Made by a program: the position numbers and the translations under genes. The notes under the pieces are model-generated. The model saw only the letters and a list, made by a program, of their open reading frames with translations. It was not told the DNA's origin and searched no databases. From Patescibacteria group bacterium (GTDB taxonomy: Bacteria > Patescibacteriota > Microgenomatia > Curtissbacterales > GWA2-41-24): a stretch of DNA of 64,000 bases. How positions within the stretch are numbered: position 1 is the stretch's first letter; every line of letters starts with the position of its first letter. Location: NCBI GenBank assembly GCA_038063735.1, contig JBBTUN010000001.1, forward strand, positions 9,751-73,750, read 5' to 3'. Positions 36,480 to 45,950 of this stretch are shown in pieces.

Positions 36480-38372
36480 CTAAGATCTGTTAAGGTCATG
36501 GTATCCAATGTCTTTGCGGTAGTGCAATAGACCATGGCCTATTTTTATTTTAGAAAGCGCATTATAGGCTATTTTCCGTGCTTGCGCAACATCTTTGCCT
36601 TCTCCAAGTATATAAAGCAGCCTACCTCCTGCTGCAACCCAGTTATCATTTGATTTTTTTATGCCGGCACCATAAATTCTGATTTTTTCTGATAAAAGTT
36701 TTTTTAGTCCAACAATTTCCCTACCTAAGACTTTTGAATAATCACCTGGATAGCCTTTTGAAGTTGCAGCAACAACGACACGGTATAGGTCGTCCCTTTT
36801 TATTTTTGATATTTTTCCTTTTTGCGCCTTATCAATGAGCTTAAAGTAGTCATTTCTAATTGACGGAAGAAGCACTTGTGCTTCCGGATCACCCCACCTA
36901 GCATTAAATTCGATAATCCAGACTTTTTGATTTTCATCAACCATTCCACCCAAATATAAAATCCCCGTGTACGGTCTTTTTAGATAATACAGACCTTCAA
37001 CTGTTTTTTTGATGATCACTTTGACCTGAAACTTAACTTTATCGGTTACGACTTGGGGTGGCGAAGAACAACCCATACCGCCGGTATTTCCCCCCTTGTT
37101 GTTATCAAAAACTGTTTTGTGGTCTTGGGCATAACCGATGATTTCAAACTTTTTTCCGGAAACAACCGCAAATGCCGAAAACTCTTCCCCTTCTAGGCAC
37201 TCTTCTATTAAATAAGTTTTACCGGAAGTACCAAATTTTCTCATTGTTTTGATAGCTTGTTGAGCTGCCTTGTTATTTTTTGCGAAAATTGCCCCTTTGC
37301 CGGCTGCCAAACCCGACGCTTTTATGTACCATTTAGAATCTTTTTGATTTTTTATAAATGCCAGCCCTTCACCGGTGGATTTGCAGACTTTATATTTTGG
37401 ATTTGGAAGGTGTAATTTTTCCATGAAATTTCTGCTCCAGGCTTTATCCCATTCAATTTGTCCCGATTTTTTTGTGGACCCAAAAACATTAAAACCTGAT
37501 GCTTTTAATGCGTCAGTAAGGCCGGCAGCTACAGCATCATCCTGGGCGACATCAACAAGATCGACTTTCTGTTCTGTGGCTATCTTTACGATATTTTTAA
37601 TATCTGTTGTTTTTACGTCTGGATATGTTTCTATGCCTTGAACAAACTTCATAAAATCGTTACCCGGAATAGCAAGCACTTTACCGACCTGATCACTCTG
37701 TAAATATTTTTCGCAGAGCACGGATCCCCTTCCTCCGCCATCTACAACCATGACAGTTTTTCCCCTTAACGGTTTGTTCGTTAGGCCTTGAAGAGCTTCA
37801 ATATATATCTGGTGCTCATTGTCTTTAAGTCTTGCGTAAAGAGTTTCTACAGTATCGTTTTTCTCAATTTTTACAAAGGTTCTTGCTAAAACCGGCCCGA
37901 AGTCGAATTCTTTAGTTAGAAAATGAATTGAGGAACCGGCATATGTTGATTTTTTGTCTAAGAAATTGTGGATGGCTTTTTTAGTCAACAGTCCTTTATT
38001 CCATAGGGCTTGAGTACCGTCGGGCGCAAGAACATTGGATGTTAGTGAGTCTGGGATTAAGCCGGGATGGAGATTAAGGATCTGGTCCGGATAAGATTCA
38101 ATTACCTGGTCTAAAATTATTTGTTTCCAGCCGGCAAGCGCTATAAAATCCGGCCTTATTTTCTGAAGTACTTCGAGCAAGTCTTGTTTATTTGCACAAA
38201 TTTTAATTGGAATTTTACTTTTTCTTGCATATTTTAATCCGTGCGCACGTTTTGTATCGCTAACTACTGCGACAATTTTTGCATTAATTTTTTTTGAATT
38301 TACTGCGCCAATTATCGCTCGTAAATTTGAACCTTTGCCAACATCGGAAATTAAAACAGCTAAACGCTTCAT
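36480..38372 (-). CDS. purD: Fused GAR transformylase (PurN) - GAR synthetase (PurD)
   Basis: N-terminal GKGSNL, LAGW, NLHPG, DFGP; C-terminal GLAAGKG, QDHK, NTGGMG, EFNARWGDPE, GGR, YRKDIG. Confidence 0.9.
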   Translation of the reverse strand: MKRLAVLISDVGKGSNLRAIIGAVNSKKINAKIVAVVSDTKRAHGLKYARKSKIPIKICANKQDLLEVLQKIRPDFIALAGWKQIILDQVIESYPDQILNLHPGLIPDSLTSNVLAPDGTQALWNKGLLTKKAIHNFLDKKSTYAGSSIHFLTKEFDFGPVLARTFVKIEKNDTVETLYARLKDNEHQIYIEALQGLTNKPLRGKTVMVVDGGGRGSVLCEKYLQSDQVGKVLAIPGNDFMKFVQGIETYPDVKTTDIKNIVKIATEQKVDLVDVAQDDAVAAGLTDALKASGFNVFGSTKKSGQIEWDKAWSRNFMEKLHLPNPKYKVCKSTGEGLAFIKNQKDSKWYIKASGLAAGKGAIFAKNNKAAQQAIKTMRKFGTSGKTYLIEECLEGEEFSAFAVVSGKKFEIIGYAQDHKTVFDNNKGGNTGGMGCSSPPQVVTDKVKFQVKVIIKKTVEGLYYLKRPYTGILYLGGMVDENQKVWIIEFNARWGDPEAQVLLPSIRNDYFKLIDKAQKGKISKIKRDDLYRVVVAATSKGYPGDYSKVLGREIVGLKKLLSEKIRIYGAGIKKSNDNWVAAGGRLLYILGEGKDVAQARKIAYNALSKIKIGHGLLHYRKDIGYHDLNRS

Positions 38373-38432
38373 CTAGTGCTAACGAGGCAGAATTGTTCTT
38401 AAGTATAACAGGAAAGAGGAAAGTCTGAGAAC

Positions 38433-38633
38433 CTACTTTTCGTCTTTTAAGTAGAGGCCAAGAATCCCAAGGACTCCGGCAACTAAAAATAGTTGTGTTG
38501 GAGCAAGTGTTGTGTAATCTTGGTTAGTGACTGCCTGAATAGCAGCAATGACTATAACTACAAGAGTCAGAGCAATTAGAGCTTGTGAGATTGGTGTTCC
38601 TTTAGACTTTTTGATTACCGCTCTTTTGGCCAT
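38433..38633 (-). CDS. Small two-TM membrane protein
   Basis: 66 aa, two hydrophobic segments. Confidence 0.6.
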   Translation of the reverse strand: MAKRAVIKKSKGTPISQALIALTLVVIVIAAIQAVTNQDYTTLAPTQLFLVAGVLGILGLYLKDEK

Positions 38634-38690
38634 ACAATATTATATTTACACCTTTTGTAGTTATAGTCAAATATTGTACAGTCAAATATT

Positions 38691-38718
38691 TTGAAAATGA
38701 GCGTAAATTTGGTATAAT
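38691..38718 (+). promoter_or_regulatory. Promoter of RNase P RNA
   Basis: TTGAAA-N16-TATAAT with TGn extension. Confidence 0.6.
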
Positions 38719-38726
38719 TCGTTCGT

Positions 38727-39136
38727 CTTTTGGGAAGAAGAACGATTGCCCTCCGTCGCATAAAGCTATGGAGGGAGGAAAGTCCAGACAGCAGGAAACA
38801 GGAGGCGGGGTGTTATGCTCCGAACCGCAAGGTCTAGTTACAAAATCGGGAAACCGGTTATGTACAGGTTTTGAATTAACAAAATCCGAGAGCCACAGAG
38901 ACGAGTTAGGTTCTAAGTCTTTGATATGAACTTAAAGTGAAACGTTGGCAATCCTCTCTGCTGCAACCCAGAATTTCGTCCATAGGACGACCAGCCTTTG
39001 GCTGGGAACCGTTATTACTATGTTTCCGGAAGGTTCAAAGTAGGGGCATCCCGTCTAAAACGGGACTAGATGTAATTTTGTCATTTAGAGATAGATAATC
39101 GTTAAAACAGAATCTGGCTTACTCTCTTCCCAAAAG
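38727..39136 (+). ncRNA. rnpB: RNase P RNA
   Basis: GAGGAAAGTCCAGAC and ACAGAATCTGGCTTA (P4 pair), GCCACAGAGA, GTGAAACG; terminal helix cttttgggaag/cttcccaaaag. Confidence 0.93.
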
Positions 39137-39139
39137 TCT

Positions 39140-40168
39140 TTATTGCTCCTGCAAAGATTCGTCTAAATGTTCGTCTTCGTTTAAAATTTCGCTAACAATT
39201 ATTTTGATTATAATGAGCGTTGGCGGTGCTAGAAAAACGCCACCCACTCCGGCAATTTTTGCTCCTATTAACAGAGCAACTATGATTATAGGTGGTTGAA
39301 GGCCAATCACTTTTGACATAATCGTCGGAACAATTAAGTGGTTTTCAAATTGTTGCACAAGAAGAAACAATGCACCTGTCGCAAGTGCCATTATTGGGCT
39401 AATTGTAAGCGCTACGAGAATTGCGGGGATGGATGATAAAATTGGCCCTATTATTGGAACTATCTCTAAAATGCCGGCAATAAGTGCAAGCGGCAAAGCA
39501 TAAGGGATACCTAAAACTTGCAGGCCAACAAACGTTAACGTACCAACTATAAAAGATAAGGCTAGCTGCCCTCGCAACCATCGGCCCAGTCCCTTTTCGA
39601 TCTTGGATATCACGTTAATTACTCTTTTTTCTTGCTTTCCTGAAAATGGGGACGCTGTGAGCCTAATAAATTTATTCCAGTCCAAAAGTAAATAAAAAGT
39701 TAAAACAAAAATTGTGAGAACTAACAGAATGCTTGATAAAATTGTTGATGAGATTGCTACAATGTTTCCGACAAACTGTTGAAGCTGCTTTGAAGCAATT
39801 ATTGACAAATCTTCAACAGGAATTTTTGCAAATATAAAAAAATCGTTAACGCTAGCTATTATTTGGGGTAGTTTTGTAGATAAGGCCGTAGTTTGGTCAA
39901 TTAGAGGCGGTACAATTATTCCTATTGCAAAGGCAATTAACACAACTACCCCTAAGTAAACGATAACGACAGACATAACCCTGGGGATTTTTTTGTTTGT
40001 TAACCATTCAACGGGTTTAAGGAGGGCAGCAACTAAAATCACCGATAAAAAAACAAGTATTATTATTTCTTTTATTTGAATAATGAACCAAATACTAATT
40101 AAAAAAGCAGTTGCAAAGAAGATGGTTTTTCTCGAAATTTCAACTTTTACTAAATCGTTATTTGCCAT
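39140..40168 (-). CDS. AI-2E (PerM) family transporter
   Basis: WLRGQ, EIVPIIGP, QQFENHLIVP; start placed at ATG 40168. Confidence 0.9.
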   Translation of the reverse strand: MANNDLVKVEISRKTIFFATAFLISIWFIIQIKEIIILVFLSVILVAALLKPVEWLTNKKIPRVMSVVIVYLGVVVLIAFAIGIIVPPLIDQTTALSTKLPQIIASVNDFFIFAKIPVEDLSIIASKQLQQFVGNIVAISSTILSSILLVLTIFVLTFYLLLDWNKFIRLTASPFSGKQEKRVINVISKIEKGLGRWLRGQLALSFIVGTLTFVGLQVLGIPYALPLALIAGILEIVPIIGPILSSIPAILVALTISPIMALATGALFLLVQQFENHLIVPTIMSKVIGLQPPIIIVALLIGAKIAGVGGVFLAPPTLIIIKIIVSEILNEDEHLDESLQEQ

Positions 40169-41105
40169 TTTTTTGAGTATACCAAAGGTGAAGACTATTT
40201 TCGAATTCTTTTTTAAAATCCTTTTTAGTAATGTCAAATATAAGGGCTTGCGGGAATTGGTTAATAAAGGTTTTTTGTCGTCTTATGAGGTCGTGTATGT
40301 CTCCTCTTAAATTTGTAAGTGCCTCTTTCTTAGGAATTTTTCCCAATATGTAGCGAGTAAGCCAACGATACTCTAAACCGAGAGAGTCGAACCACTCGGG
40401 ATTATTGTATTTTTCTAACAGACTTTTTACTTCCGCGATCATACCTAAAGTTAGGCGAATATCAAGCCACTCGTCTGCTCTTTTGTATAAAAAGTCGTTT
40501 GGTGCTGTTAGGCATACAATTAATTTTTTTGAATTCTTATCTGGCTTAACAAGGTTTGCTCTGGTGGAACTTTTACTTGTAGCTACCTCTATTGAACGAA
40601 TCAGGCGTCTTGGATTTTTGCGGTCTGAGCTATTAAGGGCGAGCGCTCTTTTAGAGTCGAGGCTGAGAAGCTCTTTGTACAGAGCTTCTACTGATAAACT
40701 GTTCAGTTCTTTTCTTAACTTTTCGTTTCCAGGGATGCCAAATGTATCAAAACCAAAAAGCGCAGATTTTATGTAAAAACCGGACCCACCCACCAAGATT
40801 GGCATTTTCGCTGATTTTTCCAGCTTTGTGATGACCTTATATGTATACCTAGAAAAGTCGGCACTGGAGAAATTTTTTAAGGGATCTGAGATATCAAAAC
40901 CATTTATTTTTATTCTGTTAACAATCCAATAGCCATTTTTCTTTATAACCTTTGCGCCTGGGCTTGCCTTTCCAGAACCTATGTCTAGGTGTCTATAAAT
41001 CTGTCTTGAATCCGCGGAAATAACTTCTGCTTTGTAGCTTCTTGCAACGTTTATGGCAAGATCTGTTTTACCTGTTACTGTCGGTCCAAAGATTACGAGC
41101 ATCAT
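40158..41105 (-). CDS. miaA: tRNA dimethylallyltransferase
   Basis: GPTVTGKT, SADSRQIY, VGGSGFY, RRQKT. Confidence 0.93.
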   Translation of the reverse strand: MMLVIFGPTVTGKTDLAINVARSYKAEVISADSRQIYRHLDIGSGKASPGAKVIKKNGYWIVNRIKINGFDISDPLKNFSSADFSRYTYKVITKLEKSAKMPILVGGSGFYIKSALFGFDTFGIPGNEKLRKELNSLSVEALYKELLSLDSKRALALNSSDRKNPRRLIRSIEVATSKSSTRANLVKPDKNSKKLIVCLTAPNDFLYKRADEWLDIRLTLGMIAEVKSLLEKYNNPEWFDSLGLEYRWLTRYILGKIPKKEALTNLRGDIHDLIRRQKTFINQFPQALIFDITKKDFKKEFENSLHLWYTQKNGK

Positions 41106-42717
41106 AAAGCAGCCATCCGTTCCCTATATTTATAGTAGGAAATTTACTTAAATAGTTCTCGTTAATTTTAAAGTCGGTTTTTTCTTGGGGGCCAAATGTT
41201 ATATAGCTAATTGTATTTTTTTTAATGATGTTGTCAGCTTCTTGTGAACCTATATATATTTCCTTTATTTCATTTTCTCGCTGGGAATAATTTACCCCAT
41301 GACTCCACAACCAACCAGGGTAACCGACGTAAGTTGATCTACCAGTTAAGGTCGGGATTGGATTATTATGGTTTTGAGCGTTGACAAAAATCGCGTCCTT
41401 TGCGGTTAGCAGTTTAATTGACTCTGCAGCCTCTAGGTCTGTTTTTGAGAATATTTGATATGAAGTAACTGGAGTAAAAGTTCTAAAAATATCAACAGTC
41501 CCTGACAAAATCATAAAAAATATTAGGATTCCTCCCAGGATTTTAATAACGACGTTTTTCTTAAATATATAATCGTAAAAAAAGTAGGCAACGATAATAC
41601 AGGATGCAAAATACCAGTAAATTAAAAGTTTACTATTATCAAATTCCCACGGCTGAAACACCCAAATATTGGAAACGATGAATAAGACTAAAAAGGGTAA
41701 GTATAGTATAAATATCTCTTTTTTCTTATAAAGCCATACTAACGCGGCAACTAAGATTGGCAGGAATAGCCCTAAGTTTTTAAACCAAAACCATAACAAG
41801 TTTTCTTTGCTAGTCCAACCCGGAGCAAACCTTATAAATTTAACAGGGCTGGCGACCGAAGATATTGCATTTAGTATAGGGAGTGCGACTATGACAGTTA
41901 AGATTCCAAATATTAACCAATTTTTAATTGTTGCGATTTTATCTCTCGAAAACACAACGCTTAGAGGGGCGTAAAGAGCAGTTAAAATAAAAAGTACAAA
42001 TAAACTGTGTGCTTGCACCAAAGATAAGGAGCCTGTAAGTAAACCGGCTAAAACGAAATAGATAGTCTTTTGCTTTTTGTATCCTGTGTACAAAATAAGT
42101 AAAACTAAAATGGTTATTGGGAAAGCAAAAAGAAAGGCTCTTTGGGGAAGAAAATATGCGAGATAAGAATTAATCCACCAATATCCTAAATCTTTTAAAT
42201 CTGTATATTCTCTCGGCAGTGAAAACAAAAAGTCGAAAATTGATTTCTGAGAAAGTGAATAATCTTTTAATAGGTAGTAAAAACCAAATCCACCATTTAC
42301 AAAAAAAAACAGTAGCGTTAAGAAGACAACTTTTTCGTTTTTTACAAAATGGTTAATAAATGATTTTGCTACATAAATTGTAATAAGGCCGACAATAAAA
42401 GTTGTTATAAAAAGCGCAAAATCGACACTGGTGTACTTTGCGACGATAGCCGTTACAAGGTCTGCAAATATTGGATAGTTTACTTTATCTTGCGCATAAA
42501 TTGGATTATCTATCATTATTTTATTGGCCACCAAGTATTTGTTGATAAGGCTTAAGTGGAAAACCAGGTCCCCATACAAATTTACTTGCCCAACGAACCA
42601 ACCATTGTTTTTGACCTGAAGCATTTCTTTTGCAAAATGCCAAAACAAAAACCCGAAAAGGCCATAAGTTAGGGCAGATGTTTTAGTGATGGGGGCAAAC
42701 TTTTTCATAAATTTCAT
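41068..42717 (-). CDS. Polytopic membrane protein, probably GT-C glycosyltransferase-like
   Basis: More than 10 TM helices, GDLVFH, PQRAF, GYPGWLWSHG. Confidence 0.6.
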   Translation of the reverse strand: MKFMKKFAPITKTSALTYGLFGFLFWHFAKEMLQVKNNGWFVGQVNLYGDLVFHLSLINKYLVANKIMIDNPIYAQDKVNYPIFADLVTAIVAKYTSVDFALFITTFIVGLITIYVAKSFINHFVKNEKVVFLTLLFFFVNGGFGFYYLLKDYSLSQKSIFDFLFSLPREYTDLKDLGYWWINSYLAYFLPQRAFLFAFPITILVLLILYTGYKKQKTIYFVLAGLLTGSLSLVQAHSLFVLFILTALYAPLSVVFSRDKIATIKNWLIFGILTVIVALPILNAISSVASPVKFIRFAPGWTSKENLLWFWFKNLGLFLPILVAALVWLYKKKEIFILYLPFLVLFIVSNIWVFQPWEFDNSKLLIYWYFASCIIVAYFFYDYIFKKNVVIKILGGILIFFMILSGTVDIFRTFTPVTSYQIFSKTDLEAAESIKLLTAKDAIFVNAQNHNNPIPTLTGRSTYVGYPGWLWSHGVNYSQRENEIKEIYIGSQEADNIIKKNTISYITFGPQEKTDFKINENYLSKFPTINIGNGWLLYDARNLWTDSNR

Positions 42718-42764
42718 CTAAAACCTGATTGATTGTACAATAACTTCATTATATATTGTTACTA

Positions 42765-44042
42765 ATGAGCGCCAAAAAGTTTTCGTTTATTTTTATTCTG
42801 GCTCTGACCATTTTTTCTTTTGTTCTTAGGCTTTATCGATTTGAAGAGCCTAACAGGTATTACTTTGACGAGGTATACCATGCCGTTACTGCAAAAGCGT
42901 ATGCCGACAATAATCCCGCTGCTTATGACCCGTTTGCGCCTGCGCCAAAGGAGGGTACTGCTTACGATTGGCTTCACCCACCTCTTGCAAAACTTATTCA
43001 GGCAGGATCAATAAAAATTTTTGGCGACAATCCGCTTGGCTGGAGACTTCCTGGCGCAATCTTTGGGACGGCAATAATTCCGGCAACATTTGTTTTAGCT
43101 TTTTTGCTTTTTGGGCCAGTTGCTGCTGTTTTTGCATCCACTGTTATTGCATTTGAAAACTTAACATTTGTAATGAGCAGAATAACAATGAATGATGTCT
43201 TCCTTACTTTTTTCGTGATTGGGGCCTATATTTTTACCGCGCTATACGCAAAAAGCTTTAAATTTATTCACTTGGCCGGTGCTTCAATATTTCTTGGACT
43301 TTCCCTTTCCAGCAAATGGCCCGGATTATATGCAATCGGTTCAATATTTTTGTATGTTCTTTTTTTGCAATTCAAAAATAAGACACTAAACTTCTGGCCG
43401 GTTTTACTGATTGTTATACCAATTATTTTTTACGTATCATCTTATGGTCAGTTTTGGGCACAGGGTCACACAATTACAGAGTTTCGCGATTTACATAAAC
43501 AGATATGGTGGTATCAAAACAGACATGATCTTGAGCACTCGTATGGGACTACACCGCTATATTGCGTTCCTCAAGGATTAAATGGTCCGAAAACTTGGTG
43601 CCCCTGGATATTTGATATTAGAGGAGTATATTTTTCGTATGAAGATTATGGGAGTGATATGGCAGGGTATATTTATGCACTTGGTAACCCTTTAATTTTT
43701 TGGGTCGGGATAATGTCTGTTTCTTTTTTGCTTGGAAAAGTAATTGAAGACAAGGACAGAAAGATTGCTTTAGTACTTTTAGGTTATTTTATTTTTTGGG
43801 TACCCTGGATTTTTTCACCCAGAATATTATTTCTATACCATTATTTACCGTCCCTGCCTTTTCTTGCAGTTTCTTTAGGACTTGTTTTATCAATTATTTA
43901 CAAAACAAGGTTTAAATATATTTCTATCGTCATAGTACTCGTTTTTATTGTAGTTTTTTTCTACCTTTATCCAATAAGTTCCGGACTTCCTCTTAAAATT
44001 AGTGATATAGACAAGTTTATGTGGCTAAAAACCTGGAGATAA
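42765..44042 (+). CDS. Protein O-mannosyltransferase-like (PMT, GT-C)
   Basis: FDEVYH, HPPLAK, GWR, KWPG, GNPLIFW, FLYHYLP. Confidence 0.88.
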   Translation: MSAKKFSFIFILALTIFSFVLRLYRFEEPNRYYFDEVYHAVTAKAYADNNPAAYDPFAPAPKEGTAYDWLHPPLAKLIQAGSIKIFGDNPLGWRLPGAIFGTAIIPATFVLAFLLFGPVAAVFASTVIAFENLTFVMSRITMNDVFLTFFVIGAYIFTALYAKSFKFIHLAGASIFLGLSLSSKWPGLYAIGSIFLYVLFLQFKNKTLNFWPVLLIVIPIIFYVSSYGQFWAQGHTITEFRDLHKQIWWYQNRHDLEHSYGTTPLYCVPQGLNGPKTWCPWIFDIRGVYFSYEDYGSDMAGYIYALGNPLIFWVGIMSVSFLLGKVIEDKDRKIALVLLGYFIFWVPWIFSPRILFLYHYLPSLPFLAVSLGLVLSIIYKTRFKYISIVIVLVFIVVFFYLYPISSGLPLKISDIDKFMWLKTWR

Positions 44043-44043
44043 A

Positions 44044-45192
44044 TTAACGAACTGCGGTTCTTTGGGTCCGTTGATTATTAATAAAGAGATTTAATTCTTG
44101 CCATCTTCTTTCCTTTTCTTTATGAGTAATATTATCTTCAAGGGCTTTTGAGGCGGCAGTATTGGGCCTGTTTGAATATTTTGATACGTATGCATATGCA
44201 AAGTTGGCTTTTTTAACCAGCTCTACCGTGCTTGCAAATTGTTTCTCTGTTTCTCCAGGAAACCCCACAATAATATCTGTGGAGATTTGGGCTTCGGGAA
44301 TTCTGGCCCTTATTTTTTTAAGTAATTTTAGATAATCGTGGTTTGTGTACCATCTATTCATTTTTTTTAAAATTTCATCGTCTCCGGATTGAACCGCGAG
44401 GTGCAAATTACGATCGATTTTATTGTTTTTTGCTATTGTGTCTATTAACTCATTGGAGAAATCCCAAGGATTGGAAGATATAAATTTAACAGTATCTATA
44501 CTTTTAATTTTACAAACCTCTTCCAGTAAATATGGAAAGAGGGTTGGAATCCGGTATTTTCCTAAATGTTTTACGATTACAGGTTTTACGACCCTACCAG
44601 AAGAAAGAGTATAACCTTTTGAATTTTTAACCAGATCTGCGCCATATGAATTTACGTTTTGCCCAAGAAGTGTGACAACCTTGCAGCCTTCGCGTGCCAA
44701 TGATTTAATTTCTTCTACTATATCTTCAAAAGGACGGGAAACTTCGCGCCCTCTTGTAAATGGCACGACACAAAACGTACAAAAGTTATTGCAACCATTG
44801 GAGATTGGCACCCATGCATGGCTAACATCATTTCTTAGAGCAGGATAATCAAAACCTACTTCCTCAAGAGGCAGGAACTCGTCTACTTCCGGCATTCTTT
44901 TTCTAAGAGCCTTTATGTATTTTCCAGATTCGTCTCGTGTGGCCATACCAACCATGCATCCGGTAATAACAATTTTGGGTTTATTATTTTCTTTTGCGAT
45001 ATTTTTGACTAAGCCAGTTACTCTATCTTCGGCACTTTGACGTATCATGCAGGTGTTGATAACGACCTCACTGGCTGATTTTATACTTTTGGATTCTTTA
45101 AACCCTCTGGCTTTGTAGTAACTGGCTATTCTTTGGCTATCTGCCATATTTTGCTGACAACCAAAAGTTTTTATAAAGAATGTTGATGGCAT
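44044..45192 (-). CDS. miaB: MiaB-family radical SAM methylthiotransferase (no TRAM domain)
   Basis: TFGCQQN, NTC, CNNFCTFC, LLGQNVNSYG, DIIVGFPGET. Confidence 0.88.
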   Translation of the reverse strand: MPSTFFIKTFGCQQNMADSQRIASYYKARGFKESKSIKSASEVVINTCMIRQSAEDRVTGLVKNIAKENNKPKIVITGCMVGMATRDESGKYIKALRKRMPEVDEFLPLEEVGFDYPALRNDVSHAWVPISNGCNNFCTFCVVPFTRGREVSRPFEDIVEEIKSLAREGCKVVTLLGQNVNSYGADLVKNSKGYTLSSGRVVKPVIVKHLGKYRIPTLFPYLLEEVCKIKSIDTVKFISSNPWDFSNELIDTIAKNNKIDRNLHLAVQSGDDEILKKMNRWYTNHDYLKLLKKIRARIPEAQISTDIIVGFPGETEKQFASTVELVKKANFAYAYVSKYSNRPNTAASKALEDNITHKEKERRWQELNLFINNQRTQRTAVR

Positions 45193-45275
45193 AGCTCGTG
45201 AAATTCTAACATAGGCTTATTTGACTTCCAAGGTTAAATAGGGGTATATTCTTCTCGCCCCGGAGAGGGTATTTT

Positions 45276-45614
45276 ATGTCTAGAGGAGAAAAAGTACTAC
45301 TATCAGGACCAGATTTGGAAACATATCAACAAGTTCTTGCAGAGGTAAACGAAAGAGACCTTGGGGAAACGGGTGTAGTTATTTCGACACCTGAGCAAGA
45401 TATTTACGCCCCTAAGTCACCGCTAAGCGGTCTACAAGAACAAAAATCAGATGGTAATGAAATAAATGGGGAAGAATCAACTGGCTCTAAAATGACACAA
45501 GGGACTGCTGAACAAGTCCATATTTTTAGGGTCAGGACCACACTAAGAATTGTAAGGAATCTTCACCCTAAAGATGCAGGAAATGCATTTGATGAGATAA
45601 GAAAAGCTGCTTAA
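45276..45614 (+). CDS. Hypothetical protein
   Basis: 112-aa ORF with GGAGAGGG upstream. Confidence 0.6.
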   Translation: MSRGEKVLLSGPDLETYQQVLAEVNERDLGETGVVISTPEQDIYAPKSPLSGLQEQKSDGNEINGEESTGSKMTQGTAEQVHIFRVRTTLRIVRNLHPKDAGNAFDEIRKAA

Positions 45615-45626
45615 ATTTTTACTAAA

Positions 45627-45899
45627 TTATTTAATTAATCTTTTTAGGGTTTTGCCTGCAGTAAAACCGGGTAGTTTGTGTCCTGCGATTTTTATTGAGT
45701 TTCCTGTTTGGGGATTTCTTCCTGCCCGTGTTGCTCTTTTTCTTACTTTAAATGTTCCGAAACCTGTTATTACAACTTTGTCGCCTTTTACCATTGCCTC
45801 TTTGATATTTCCAAAGACAGCGTTTACAGCGGTTTCTGCCGTTTTTCTTGTTAGGCCTACTTTTTTAGAAACTTTTTCTACTAGCTCTTTTTTTGTCAT
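45627..45899 (-). CDS. hup: HU family DNA-binding protein
   Basis: GFGTF, GRNPQTG. Confidence 0.95.
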   Translation of the reverse strand: MTKKELVEKVSKKVGLTRKTAETAVNAVFGNIKEAMVKGDKVVITGFGTFKVRKRATRAGRNPQTGNSIKIAGHKLPGFTAGKTLKRLIK

Positions 45900-45950
45900 T
45901 TATTTATGAACGTTTAGGGATTATATCCTACTGATTTCTCCTGGTCAATC

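Noticed and set aside
38749-38775. RNase P P3 hairpin resembling a dispersed palindromic repeat
   Set aside because: P3 is a variable hairpin anyway and I saw no second copy in the window.
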